A stretch of DNA of 64,000 nt from an uncultured delta proteobacterium (GCA_963812015.1 CAWETI010000002.1:928001-992000); one strand, 5' to 3'; shown: positions 20,204 to 30,205, numbered from the stretch's first letter. The notes: a model not told the origin generated them from the letters alone. Translations and numbers: made by a program.

Positions 20204-22189
20204 ATGAGTGAACCATCCGGCCGTCCCGGCGCATACACGCACTTTTTCATTTGGGCCCTGGTGGTCGCCGGGTTATATCTCACCAGCCGCTACAGCTTAC
20301 TCTTGTTCCACGATATCGCCGGGCTCTTCAGCGTCGTCATTGCCGTGGGCGTCTTTGCCGTCGCCTGGAATTCCCGGGACTTCCTGGAAAATAATTACGT
20401 GCTCTTCCTGGGAATTGCCTACCTGTGCGTGGGCGCCCTGGACCTGCTCCACATCCTGGCCTACGGGGGGGTGCGGGTTTTCCCCGGCTTCGCGGTCAAT
20501 CTGCCCTCCCAGCTGGGATTTGCAGCGCGGGGCGTGGAGAGCCTCTCCCTGTGTCTGGCCCCCTTGTGCCTGGGCCGCCGCCTACAGCCGGCGGCGGTAT
20601 TTGCCGGTTATCTGGCGGCCTTTGCCGGCATTATCCTGGCGATCTTTGTCTGGCGGCTCTTTCCCGTCAGCATCGGGACGGCGGGGCCGGGGCTGACGGC
20701 CCTTAAGCAGACCGGCGACTATCTCACCAGTGTCATCCTGATGGGGGCCATGGCCCTGCTGTGGCGCCGGCGGGAGGAGTTCAACCCGGAGGTGCTGCGC
20801 CTGTTGCTGGGGGCTATCGCCCTGGCCGTCGGCTCGGAATTGGCCCTTACCTTTTTTGCCCAAGTGTCCCACCAGGCGGATGTGGTGGGCCACCTGCTCA
20901 AGATATTTTCCCTCTACCTGATTTACAAAGCCCTGATCGAAACGGAGCTGAGGCGGCCCTACCACCTTTTGTTCCGCAACCTCAGGCTCAGTGAGGCCAT
21001 GGTGCGGCAAGAACGGGAGTTTGCCGACAGCCTCATGGAAACGGCCCAGGTTATCGTGCTGGTCCTGGACCGCCAGGGACGCATCGTCCGCCTGAACCAC
21101 GCCTGCGAGAGGCTCACCGGTTATGGCCTGGCCCAGGTGCAAGGCCGGCTTTTCTGGGAGGTTTTCCCGGCTCCCGAAGAGGTTGAGGAAGTGAAGGAGG
21201 CCTTCGCGCATCTCACTTCCGGGGACTTTCCCCAGGCCTATGAGCGTGCTTGGCTGGCCAAAGACGGCCGCCGCCACCTGATCGCCTGGTCCAGCACCGC
21301 CCTCTCCGGGGAAGACGGCACGGTGGAGCGCGTGATCGGGACCGGCATCGACATCACTGACCGGCGGGAAGCGGAAAATCGCCTCCACCGGCTCAATGCC
21401 GCCCTGGGAAGTCAGATTCAGGCCGCGCCGGAGCAGATTCGGGAACCGGAGGTCATCAAGGGGGAACTGGACCGGTTCACCTACGCGGTATCCCATGAGT
21501 TGGGTTCATTGCTCCGCTGGATCAGCGGCTACTGCCGGGCCCTGGAGGAAAACTGCGCCCTCCGGCTGGATTTTCGGGGACGCCGGTATCTCCGGCGGCT
21601 GCACGAGGCGATTCGGCAGACGCGGGAGCTCATCGATGCGTTGGTGCACCACTCCCGGATGGCCACGGCCGCAATCCGTCGCCAAGAGATTGATCTCAGC
21701 GTCCAGGCCCGGGCCATCGTCGAAGATCTCCAGCGGGCGGCGCCGGCGCGCCGGGTGGAGTTCAGCATCGAACCCGGACTGACCGCCGCGGGTGACCCCG
21801 CCATGCTCCGTGCGGTCCTTGCGAACCTCCTGGGTAATGCCTGGAAATTTACCGAGAAGGTCTCCCTGGGCAAGATTGAGTTCGGGGCCCTCCCCGCCAC
21901 GGATGATTGCTGGGGTTTTCTGATTCGGGACAATCGGGCCGGCTGCACCCTGAACGGGGGACGGCATCGGTTGAGAGCTTTTGAACGGCAGCAGACGATC
22001 AGAGACTTTTCCGGCGCCGGCGTCGGCCTGGCCATGGTGCAGCGCATCATTCAGCGGCATGGCGGCCGGGTCTGGGCCGAAATCGACCACACGCAGGGGA
22101 CCACGGTTTATTTCACCTTGCCCAAGGGCGGCCAGGCATCGGCCGCAGAACCGGCCGGGGAAGATCAGCCGAACTCGTCGACAGGTTAG
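20204..22189 (+). CDS. MASE3-PAS sensor histidine kinase (degenerate G1/F boxes)
   Basis: MASE3 signature (LLFH..GLFS, DLLH.LAY.G), one PAS/PAC domain, H box SHEL, N box NLLGNAWKF. Confidence 0.85.
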   Translation: MSEPSGRPGAYTHFFIWALVVAGLYLTSRYSLLLFHDIAGLFSVVIAVGVFAVAWNSRDFLENNYVLFLGIAYLCVGALDLLHILAYGGVRVFPGFAVNLPSQLGFAARGVESLSLCLAPLCLGRRLQPAAVFAGYLAAFAGIILAIFVWRLFPVSIGTAGPGLTALKQTGDYLTSVILMGAMALLWRRREEFNPEVLRLLLGAIALAVGSELALTFFAQVSHQADVVGHLLKIFSLYLIYKALIETELRRPYHLLFRNLRLSEAMVRQEREFADSLMETAQVIVLVLDRQGRIVRLNHACERLTGYGLAQVQGRLFWEVFPAPEEVEEVKEAFAHLTSGDFPQAYERAWLAKDGRRHLIAWSSTALSGEDGTVERVIGTGIDITDRREAENRLHRLNAALGSQIQAAPEQIREPEVIKGELDRFTYAVSHELGSLLRWISGYCRALEENCALRLDFRGRRYLRRLHEAIRQTRELIDALVHHSRMATAAIRRQEIDLSVQARAIVEDLQRAAPARRVEFSIEPGLTAAGDPAMLRAVLANLLGNAWKFTEKVSLGKIEFGALPATDDCWGFLIRDNRAGCTLNGGRHRLRAFERQQTIRDFSGAGVGLAMVQRIIQRHGGRVWAEIDHTQGTTVYFTLPKGGQASAAEPAGEDQPNSSTG

Positions 22190-22250
22190 CTTGTGTCCTT
22201 CCGGAAATTAAGGAAAAGGTCGCCGCAGGCTTTACCGTGAAGGTCAACCC

Positions 22251-22302
22251 GTAGGGGCGGTTCGCGGCGCGCCCCGTCGTCCGCTGCAACCGATTGTTAT
22301 GT
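22251..22302 (-). other. Integron attC-like site whose right end is replaced by half of a GTAG REP
   Basis: Minus strand reads ACATAAC-AATCG-GTTGCAGC-GGACGACGGGGCGCGCC-GCGAAC-CGCCCCTAC. Confidence 0.6.
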
Positions 22303-22334
22303 AGTCATCTGGGCGCAACTTGAATGGCATTCCC

Positions 22335-23672
22335 TTATTCCAGTTTGGTCACTGTGGCCGCGTCTTCCAACGCAGTGTCTTCTCCCTCATCTTCCTCGCC
22401 TAAGGGGGGCAAGGCAAGAATCTCCAAGGCTTCCGGCTCGGTCAATTTCTCCACGGAACGCAGCTTGCGCTCTATGGCCCGGCTCCGCACCCCGGTCTTT
22501 TCAATGGTCTGGCCGGCGAGGTCGATATGGCGCTTGACCTTGTCCAGGACATCGCCGAACTTGCCGAATTCTGTCTTGATCGCCCCCAAGACCCGCCACA
22601 CCTCTACGGCCCGCTGCTCTATGGCGAGGGTCTGGAAGCCCATGCGCAGGCTGCTCAAAATCGCCGCCAAGGTGGTGGGACCGGCCACCACCACGCGATA
22701 GCGGTGCTGCAGGTCTTCGACAAAGGCCGGCTGCCGCAGCACCTCCGCATAGAGCCCTTCCGTAGCCATGAACATAATGGCAAAATCGGTGGTGTTGGGT
22801 GGGCTGATGTATTTATCGTGGATGTCCTTGGCCGCCGACCGAACGGTCCGCGCCAGGGAGTCTGTGGCCGCCTGAACTGCCCGCGGATCGGCTTTCTCCG
22901 CGGCTTCTTGCAGGCGCAGGTAGTCCTCTTGGGGAAACTTCGAGTCAATGGGAAGCCAGACGCAAGCCCCGGGGTCGTCCTTTGGGCCCGGCAGCCGCAC
23001 GGCAAACTCCACACTGTCCGATGAGTCGGGTTTCACCCGGACGTTCCGCTCGAACTGGTCCGGGTTGAGGATTTGCTCCAGGATCGCTCCGAGCTGAACC
23101 TCGGCCCACGTGCCGCGCACTTTCACGTTGGTCAGAACGCGTTTGAGGTCTCCCACGCCCGTGGCCAGATGCTGCATCTCCCCGAGACCCTTGTGTACTG
23201 CCTCCAACCTGTCGCTTACGAGTTTGAACGACTCACCGAGCCGCTTTTCCAAGGTGTCGTGGAGCTTCTCGTCCACCGTTTTGCGCATTTCGTCAAGTTT
23301 CTTCTCGTTGCCCTCCTGAAGCTCCTTGACCCGAGAGTCAAAGGTAAGGCGAATGCGGTCCAGAGCGCCCTGGTTTGATTCGGTCAGTTCCCGCAACTGC
23401 TTCGTCATGCCTTCCAGCTGCGCCTGCTGGAGCTTGCCCATGCCCTCCAGAGTCTTGGCCAGCACCTCGTTGGTCGATTTCAGGCTGCCCGACACTTCTT
23501 CACGAAGCTCCCGTCCGGCGCTGCGGGCTTCTTCCCGGCTCATCCGCAGCTCGTCGCGCACCTCCCTCCCGGCGCGGTCGGAAGCCTTGGTTGCACGGAT
23601 CAGCAGGATGACGACCAGGACCGCGATCACGGCGGTAACAGACAGTATTGCCCAAAGGAGAGCTTCATTCAT
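22335..23672 (-). CDS. rmuC: DNA recombination protein RmuC
   Basis: TM anchor, coiled coil, RGTWAEVQL, LPIDSKFP, TTDFAIMF and GPTTL motifs. SD GGAG before ATG 23672. Confidence 0.93.
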   Translation of the reverse strand: MNEALLWAILSVTAVIAVLVVILLIRATKASDRAGREVRDELRMSREEARSAGRELREEVSGSLKSTNEVLAKTLEGMGKLQQAQLEGMTKQLRELTESNQGALDRIRLTFDSRVKELQEGNEKKLDEMRKTVDEKLHDTLEKRLGESFKLVSDRLEAVHKGLGEMQHLATGVGDLKRVLTNVKVRGTWAEVQLGAILEQILNPDQFERNVRVKPDSSDSVEFAVRLPGPKDDPGACVWLPIDSKFPQEDYLRLQEAAEKADPRAVQAATDSLARTVRSAAKDIHDKYISPPNTTDFAIMFMATEGLYAEVLRQPAFVEDLQHRYRVVVAGPTTLAAILSSLRMGFQTLAIEQRAVEVWRVLGAIKTEFGKFGDVLDKVKRHIDLAGQTIEKTGVRSRAIERKLRSVEKLTEPEALEILALPPLGEEDEGEDTALEDAATVTKLE

Positions 23673-23687
23673 GGTTCGCTCCAAGCC

Positions 23688-23694
23688 ACATAAC
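23688..23694 (-). other. Cassette core site GTTATGT just upstream of the rmuC RBS
   Basis: Exact reverse complement of the ACATAAC inverse core downstream of rmuC. Confidence 0.5.
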
Positions 23695-24116
23695 AAATTA
23701 GATTGATCCGCATAAGATGCGGAACGTCCGATTGTCTCGTGGGAGGCATGTTAGTACAAAATTCATAATCTGGAAAGAAGTCCGAGCATACCCGGCACTG
23801 AGAACCCGGATACCTCGCTGCTGTGATCTCAAAACCCGAGGTCAACACCGCCAGTAGTGCGCCATTATACCAGTTTTTAGGTTGAAATTCCTGTATTTGC
23901 CTCCTTTGGGAACCATTTTGAGTCAGAACCCAGCCTCGCGTGAAACACGTTCAACCACAACGCGGCGGGCTCCCGTGGCCATAACGGGTGAGACCTGCTC
24001 TCCGGAATTTTTCCCGATAAAATGGCCCCAAAAGTCCAAAAGGCTCTGGCGCAGGGGAGACTAAATCATTATTGTTATAGCGATTGCTAAAACTTTTTCG
24101 GATTGCCGGTCAATTC

Positions 24117-24201
24117 CGTCCCCAAGCTGGGCTTGGGAACGGGTTTGACAGCCAGGCTTGGCTTGGCGCCTATGGTCGTTTCCAAGTGCAACTTGGGAAC
24201 G
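24117..24201. repeat. Pair of palindromic units CGT(T/C)(T/C)CCAAG-N5-CTTGGGAACG
   Basis: Units at 24117-24141 and 24177-24201, with a degenerate unit between them. Confidence 0.6.
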
Positions 24202-24290
24202 AGAAACATGTCAAGGCTGGAGACTCCTCTTTTCTTCCTGGAATTTTTCCGATAAGAAGATAACCAAAATTCAGAGGCAACGGTTAGGCT

Positions 24291-26513
24291 ATGGCCGGGA
24301 AGGACATCTCTCAAAAAATTGCGGCCCTGGGCTGCCTGTGCGGCATCACCTCGCAGTATTGGGACAACTTTGGCCGCCGCCACCGCACCTCCCAGGCCAC
24401 GTACCGGGACTTGCTCCGGGCCATGGGGGTGCCCTGGGAGGACCCGGAGACCCTGGACCGGGAGATCGCCCGGCGGCGGTTGGGGCCCTGGGGCGCTATG
24501 CTTTCGCCGGTGCAGCTCCTCAAACCGGCCCCGGCTCCGGCCCGAGCGACGGTACGGGGCTGGTCCCCCGGGCCTGAGCCCCCGGCCGCGGTGGACGTCG
24601 TCGGGGAGATGGTCAGCGAATCAGGTGAGCGCTCCCACTGGGAGACCCGCCTCCAACCTGGCGGTCGGCCCAAGAGCCAGGCGGTCCCGGGAGGTTTTCG
24701 GGTCGCCCTGAAGCTTTCCCTGCCCGCCCCCCTGGAGTTGGGGTATTACGACCTGACCCTGAGGGTGCGGAGCGGCGGCCGGGTGGAAACCGGCCGGACC
24801 CGGTTGATCGCGGCGCCGTCCCGGGTATATACGCCGGCCTGGCTGGAGGAGGGTCACCGGGCCTGGGGCTTCAACCTGCCGCTCTATGCTTTGAAGAGCC
24901 GGGGGAACTGGGGCGTAGGAGATTTTGCCGACCTGATGGCGGTTATCCGCTGGGCCGGGCCCCTGGGGGCGGCCTTTGTGGGGGTCAATCCCCTCCATGC
25001 CCCGGGGGGGCGAGCCGGTGCCGACCCCAGCCCCTATTCCCCCACCAGCCGGATTTTTCTCAATGTTCTCTACCTGAACCTGGAGATGGCCCCGGAGATG
25101 GAGTCCTGCCGGCAGGCCCAGGATCTCCTGGCCAGCCCGGAATTTCAGGCCGCCAAAGCCCGCCTGGCCGAAGCCGCCCTGGTGTCCTACGGGGAAGTCC
25201 ATCGTTTAAAGCGCCGGGTCCTGGAACTCCTCTACCAGACGTTCTGCGAGGTGAACGGCCTTCCGGAGAGTCCCCGCACGGCCCGGGGCCGGGAGTTCAC
25301 CCGGTTTGTGGCGGATGGGGGCGAGTCCCTGGCCAGGTTCGGCCAGTTTTTCGCCCTGGCGGATCATTGCCAAAAAAACGACTGGCGCCGCTGGCCCGGA
25401 CCCTATCGCGATCCCGAGAGCCCGGCCGTGGCCGAGTTCGCCCGGGAGCACGCCGGTGAGATCGGATTTTTCCAGTATGGGCAATGGCTGGCCGTAACCC
25501 AATTGGGCCAGGTGTGCCAGGAGGCCCAACGGCAGGGCCTGCCGTTCACCCTCTACGAGGACCTGGCCCTGGGGGCGAGCCCCGGGGGCTTCGACACCTG
25601 GGCCCATCAAGACCTGTTTGCCCGGGGTCCGGCCATCGGCGCCCCTGCCGACGCCTTCAACCCTAAGGGGCAGAACTGGGGCTTGCCGCCCCTGATCCCG
25701 GAACGCCTGCGGGCCTCGGGATACCAGTTGTTCATCGACACCCTCCGGGCCAACCTCCCCCCCGGCGGCATGCTCCGGATGGACCACGTCATGGGCCTGT
25801 TTCGCCTGTTGTGGATTCCCCGGGGAATGGACGCGGCCCAGGGCGCCTATGTCATCTACCCGGCCCGGGAGCTTTTAGCCATCCTGGCCCTGGAGAGCGT
25901 CCGCCGGCGCGCCCTGATCATCGGGGAGGACCTGGGTACCGTGCCCCCCCGCATCCGCCGGGATCTAAGCAAGGCCGGGGTCTTTTCCTACCGGGTTTTT
26001 TATTTTGAACGGGACGGTAACCATAACTTCCTGCCCCCGGAGGCGTACCCGCCCCGGGCCGTGGCCGCTGTAACCACCCACGACTTGCCCACCCTGACAG
26101 GATTCTGCCAGGGGCATGACCTGGCCCTCAAACGGACCCTGGACCTTTATCCCGATGCGCGGCTGGCGGAGGCCGACGCCGCCGACCGGGAACGGGACCG
26201 CCGCCTCCTCATGGAGACCCTGCGGGGCCGGGGGTTGCTGCCGGACGGCGCGCCGGTCGAGCCTGGGGCCGGCGACGCCTGTCCCCAGGAATTGCGGGGC
26301 GCGGTTCTGGAATATCTGGCCCAGAGTGAGTCCGCCCTCATGGAGGTCCGCCTGGAGGAGATCTTCGGAATGCCGGAGCAGCAAAACCTCCCGGGCACCC
26401 TGAAGGAACACCCCAACTGGCGGATCAAGCTGCCCTTGAGCCTGGACCAAATGGAGCAGAGCCCGGCGCCCGCCCGGATGGCGGCCCGGCTGAATAAGGC
26501 CCGGGGAAGATAA
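24291..26513 (+). CDS. malQ: 4-alpha-glucanotransferase (amylomaltase, GH77)
   Basis: WGVGDFADL, SPYSP, GQNWGLPP, LRMDHVMG, IGEDLG, THDLPT and NLPGT motifs. Confidence 0.95.
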   Translation: MAGKDISQKIAALGCLCGITSQYWDNFGRRHRTSQATYRDLLRAMGVPWEDPETLDREIARRRLGPWGAMLSPVQLLKPAPAPARATVRGWSPGPEPPAAVDVVGEMVSESGERSHWETRLQPGGRPKSQAVPGGFRVALKLSLPAPLELGYYDLTLRVRSGGRVETGRTRLIAAPSRVYTPAWLEEGHRAWGFNLPLYALKSRGNWGVGDFADLMAVIRWAGPLGAAFVGVNPLHAPGGRAGADPSPYSPTSRIFLNVLYLNLEMAPEMESCRQAQDLLASPEFQAAKARLAEAALVSYGEVHRLKRRVLELLYQTFCEVNGLPESPRTARGREFTRFVADGGESLARFGQFFALADHCQKNDWRRWPGPYRDPESPAVAEFAREHAGEIGFFQYGQWLAVTQLGQVCQEAQRQGLPFTLYEDLALGASPGGFDTWAHQDLFARGPAIGAPADAFNPKGQNWGLPPLIPERLRASGYQLFIDTLRANLPPGGMLRMDHVMGLFRLLWIPRGMDAAQGAYVIYPARELLAILALESVRRRALIIGEDLGTVPPRIRRDLSKAGVFSYRVFYFERDGNHNFLPPEAYPPRAVAAVTTHDLPTLTGFCQGHDLALKRTLDLYPDARLAEADAADRERDRRLLMETLRGRGLLPDGAPVEPGAGDACPQELRGAVLEYLAQSESALMEVRLEEIFGMPEQQNLPGTLKEHPNWRIKLPLSLDQMEQSPAPARMAARLNKARGR

Positions 26514-26559
26514 CCACTGAGAACTGACTACTGGCTACTGTTTTTAATAGAGGTGATCC

Positions 26560-27888
26560 ATGTCTGAACCAGCCTTGATCTATAATCTCTTTCCGCCCCT
26601 GGCCGGGTCCATCCCCCAATGGGAGAAGCACCTGGACCGCATCGCGGCCATGGGTTTCACCTGGATTTTTCTCAACCCCATCAACACCCCCGGCCTGTCC
26701 GGCAGCTTATATGCCGTCAAGGATTATTACGGGATCAACCCCCGCTTTTATCCCGAATCCGGCCGGGACCCGGAGGCGGCCCTGGCGCACTTTCTGAAAG
26801 AGGCCGGGCGCCGGGGCCTTAAGGTGATGCTGGACCTGGTGATCAACCACACGGCCATCGACTCGCCCCTGGTCACCCAACACCCCGAGTGGTACGCCAA
26901 GGACGACGCCGGCCGGATCAAGCACCCCGGCGCCATCGACCCCGCGGATGCCACTAAGGTGACGGTGTGGGGCGATCTGGCGGAACTGGAGTACTGGCCG
27001 CCCCCCGACCCCGAAGGGCTGCTGCACTACTTTGACGGCGTGGTGGCCAAGTACCTGCGCCTGGGCTTCATGGGGTTTAGGGCCGATGCCGCTTACAAGA
27101 TCCCCGGCGATTTCTGGGGCCGCCTCATCGGCGAGGCCAAGAACCTGGAGCCCCAGGTCCGGTTCTTCGCCGAGACCCTGGGGTGTCGCCTGGCGGAGTG
27201 CGCCCAACTGTCCTCCTCCGGGTTCGACTTCCTCTACAACAGTTCCAAGTGGTGGGATTTTCAGGAAGATTGGTGCCTTTCGCAGTATAACGACTTTCGC
27301 CCCATCGCCCCCTCCGTCAGCTTCCCGGAAAGCCACGACACCGAGCGGCTGGCGTCGGAAAGCGGCGGCGCCCCGGAAGTGGCCCGGCAGCGCTACCTCT
27401 TCGCGGCCTACTTTTCCACCGGGGTGATGATCCCCATGGGCTATGAGTACGGCTTCAAAAAGCGGCTTAACGTGGTTAAGACCCGGCCCCAGGATTGGGA
27501 GACGCCCACCTACGACCTGACCCCCTTTATCAAAGGGGTGAACCGCATGAAAAAGAAATGCCCGGTGCTCCTGGAGGAAGGACCCCAGACCCGGGTCAAC
27601 CCCAAGGGGGAGCCGGTGGCGCTCCTGCTCAAGTCCCGGGAGAGCCGCAAGGGGCGCGTCCTGGCGGTGATCAACGCCACCTTGGAACCCCAGGCGGTTG
27701 CCATCCCCGACCTGGCCGAGCTCCTGGGGAAGCCCTCCCGGGGCTGGAAAGACCTGACCCCGGATACCGTGCCGCTCAAGCTCGGGTCACCTCTGGAATT
27801 CACCTTGCCGCCGGCCCGGATGCGGATTTTCTATAATCCCGACGGTGCGCCGTTACAGCAGATTAAGAATTTTGAAAAAGTATTTTGA
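26560..27888 (+). CDS. GH13 alpha-amylase family glycoside hydrolase
   Basis: DLVINH; catalytic residues in GFRADAA (Asp), AETLG (Glu) and ESHD (Asp). Confidence 0.88.
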   Translation: MSEPALIYNLFPPLAGSIPQWEKHLDRIAAMGFTWIFLNPINTPGLSGSLYAVKDYYGINPRFYPESGRDPEAALAHFLKEAGRRGLKVMLDLVINHTAIDSPLVTQHPEWYAKDDAGRIKHPGAIDPADATKVTVWGDLAELEYWPPPDPEGLLHYFDGVVAKYLRLGFMGFRADAAYKIPGDFWGRLIGEAKNLEPQVRFFAETLGCRLAECAQLSSSGFDFLYNSSKWWDFQEDWCLSQYNDFRPIAPSVSFPESHDTERLASESGGAPEVARQRYLFAAYFSTGVMIPMGYEYGFKKRLNVVKTRPQDWETPTYDLTPFIKGVNRMKKKCPVLLEEGPQTRVNPKGEPVALLLKSRESRKGRVLAVINATLEPQAVAIPDLAELLGKPSRGWKDLTPDTVPLKLGSPLEFTLPPARMRIFYNPDGAPLQQIKNFEKVF

Positions 27889-28018
27889 GGGGAGGGCCGG
27901 GGGAGGACAACTCCCCCGCCCTCCTCTCAAACTTCCCTCCCAGCCCCCTGTATGGGGGTTGGGGGAGAGGGTTTGGGAGAGGGGGGAGGGGCCGTCGGCC
28001 CATCGCCCCCTCTCCCAA
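27884..28018. repeat. G/C-skewed multi-hairpin intergenic repeat (family B)
   Basis: TTTGAGGGGAGGGCCGGGGG...CCCCCGCCCTCCTCTCAAA plus two further hairpins. Related copies at about 29993, 31589, 36571 and 41373. Confidence 0.75.
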
Positions 28019-28041
28019 GCAAACAACCCAAGGACCCTCCC

Positions 28042-28668
28042 ATGACCCAGGCCCTCGCAGGATTCAACGAGCACGGCATTGTGTTGGCCACGGACAGCCG
28101 GGCCACCCGGTTCGATGCCGCTGGGCAGCCGGAGATTTTTAACGTCAACAAGCTCTTTGCCCTGGACCGGCGCTCGGCCATCCTGAGTGGCGGCGCCGGG
28201 GTGAGCGTGTCCCTGTCCTTCGCCTTACGCCGGCAGATCGCCCGCCATCCCGGCCCCCTGGAACTGGAGGAGATGGTGGAGTTCGCCGTGCCCTTCCTCT
28301 CCCGGGGGTATCAGCGCCACCTGGAAGCCCACGGCCCGGAGACCGAAGGCTTTCGTCGCGTCTATTTCATCCTGGCCGGTTATGTGCCGGACAGCCCTCC
28401 GCCCCACTTCCAGATGGTCCTCCTGGGCAGCGAAGAAAACGAGCTCCCCTTAAGAAGGATCCAGACCGGCAATGTGGTGGTCATGCCCCGGAACCTGGGG
28501 ATGGAGATGCGCCTGTTCAAGGCCCTCAACCAGGGGGCGGACCTTATCGAAGCCCTGAGCCTGAGCAAAGACTTCCTGGAACGAATGGCCGCGGTCAAAG
28601 AAGAGGTGGGCCCGCCCTACCACTTTGCCACCATCACCTCCCAGGGGTACCAGCCCATAATTTTGTGA
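28042..28668 (+). CDS. Proteasome-beta/HslV-like Ntn-hydrolase fold protein
   Basis: M-T1 start, GIVLATD17SR19AT21, K36, SGG50 and C-terminal VGPPYHFATITSQG. AAGGA SD before ATG 28042. Confidence 0.65.
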   Translation: MTQALAGFNEHGIVLATDSRATRFDAAGQPEIFNVNKLFALDRRSAILSGGAGVSVSLSFALRRQIARHPGPLELEEMVEFAVPFLSRGYQRHLEAHGPETEGFRRVYFILAGYVPDSPPPHFQMVLLGSEENELPLRRIQTGNVVVMPRNLGMEMRLFKALNQGADLIEALSLSKDFLERMAAVKEEVGPPYHFATITSQGYQPIIL

Positions 28669-28762
28669 TGCCGGTCTATGCTTTTGGCGGTTTCTGAGTA
28701 ATAATCTCATCACTTCGCGTCAGACAAACGCAGCCTTAACGATCCCTGCAAGGAGTATCCGC

Positions 28763-29986
28763 ATGAATAAAGCCATGCTCGTGGTCATGGACGGTCTGGG
28801 AGATCGGCCCCTCAAGGAACTGGGTGGTCTCACTCCCCTGGAGGCGGCCCACACCCCTAACCTGGATGCTTTGGCCGCCCGGGGCATCACCGGCCTCATG
28901 AACTCCCTGGGCGTGGGGTTGCGCCCCGGCAGCGACACCAGCCATCTGGCCATTCTGGGCTACGACATCGAGCGCTACTACACCGGGCGGGGGACCATCG
29001 AAGTGGCAGGGCTGGGCATGGACCTGGAGGCGGGGGATGTGGCCCTCCGGGGCAACCTGGGCACGGTGGACGATCAATTGGTGGTGGTGGACCGGCGGGC
29101 CGGCCGCATCACCGACACCGGCCCCTTCGTGAAAGACCTGGATGGCCTGACCTATGAGGGCGTCACCCTGAGGGTCCGCCCCGGCACCGGGCACCGGGCC
29201 GGCATCATCCTCCGGGGGCCGAATCTGAGCTTCCGCATCAGCGATAACGATCCCCACGAGGTGGGGGTCAAGGTCCACGAAGTCCGCCCCCTGGACGACT
29301 CCCAGGAAGCCGCCTTCACCGCCAAGGTATTGAATCACTTCCTGGCGGAAGCCCACCGCATCCTGAGCCAAAATCCCCTCAACCAGGAACGGGTGGCGAC
29401 GGGCTTGCCCCCGGCCAATTATTTGTTAGGCCGGGGAGCCGGCTATTATAAGAAGATTGAGCCGTTCCAGGCGCGCTACGGCCTCAAGGCCTGCACCATC
29501 GCCGGCGGCGGCTTATATAAGGGCATCGGCTCCTTCACCGGCATGGACGTGATCCCGGTCCCCGGGGCCACCGGGCTCCCCAACACCGACATCGAGGCCA
29601 AGTTCAGGGCGGGCCTTGACGCCCTGGCCGGGGCTTACGACTTCGCCTTTGTCCACGTCAAGGCCGCGGATACCTTCGGGGAGGACGGCGACTACCTGGG
29701 CAAGATGAATTTCATCAACAAGATCGACTTGGCCTTCCGGCTCCTAAAGGACGCGCCCTGCCTCCTGGCGGTGACCGCGGACCACTCCACCCCCTGCATC
29801 TTGAAGAAACACTCCGGGGACCCGGTGCCCATCATGATGGTGGGGGACGGCGCCGTGCGCCCCGATGACGTCACCGCCTTTAACGAGCGGGCCTGCGGCC
29901 GGGGCGCCATGGGCCGGCTCACCGGCCTCATGGTCATGCCGGAGATCATCAATCTGCTGGGATTGGCGAAGTTGATCGGGGATTGA
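28763..29986 (+). CDS. apgM: 2,3-bisphosphoglycerate-independent phosphoglycerate mutase (ApgM type)
   Basis: DGLGDRP, TPLEAAHTPNLD, PGSDTSHL, HVKAAD, TADHSTP and HSGDPVP motifs. Confidence 0.92.
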   Translation: MNKAMLVVMDGLGDRPLKELGGLTPLEAAHTPNLDALAARGITGLMNSLGVGLRPGSDTSHLAILGYDIERYYTGRGTIEVAGLGMDLEAGDVALRGNLGTVDDQLVVVDRRAGRITDTGPFVKDLDGLTYEGVTLRVRPGTGHRAGIILRGPNLSFRISDNDPHEVGVKVHEVRPLDDSQEAAFTAKVLNHFLAEAHRILSQNPLNQERVATGLPPANYLLGRGAGYYKKIEPFQARYGLKACTIAGGGLYKGIGSFTGMDVIPVPGATGLPNTDIEAKFRAGLDALAGAYDFAFVHVKAADTFGEDGDYLGKMNFINKIDLAFRLLKDAPCLLAVTADHSTPCILKKHSGDPVPIMMVGDGAVRPDDVTAFNERACGRGAMGRLTGLMVMPEIINLLGLAKLIGD

Positions 29987-29992
29987 TTTTCT

Positions 29993-30070
29993 CGAGGGGA
30001 GGACCGGGGGACGCCCTTACGAAAAATTCCCCCGCCCTCCCCTCAAACTCCCCACCCCACCCCCTGTATG
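29993..30070. repeat. Family B hairpin repeat with CTTACGAAAAA in the loop
   Basis: GAGGGGAGGACCGGGGG-acgccCTTACGAAAAAtt-CCCCCGCCCTCCCCTCAAACTCCCC. Confidence 0.7.
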
Positions 30071-30205
30071 AGAAGCAAGGAATCCGGGACCGCTGGCCCC
30101 GACTTTTTGAGGCTAACGCAACTGCCCTCCGAGGTGTAGGTCTTAGTCACCGAGGCGCTGGTATTGATTGCAAAATATCCATTTCGCCATAAGTCAATTT
30201 TTTCC

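Noticed and set aside
23700..24290. Integron integrase or attI upstream of the rmuC cassette
   Set aside because: No ORF with tyrosine-recombinase motifs and no convincing attI L box.
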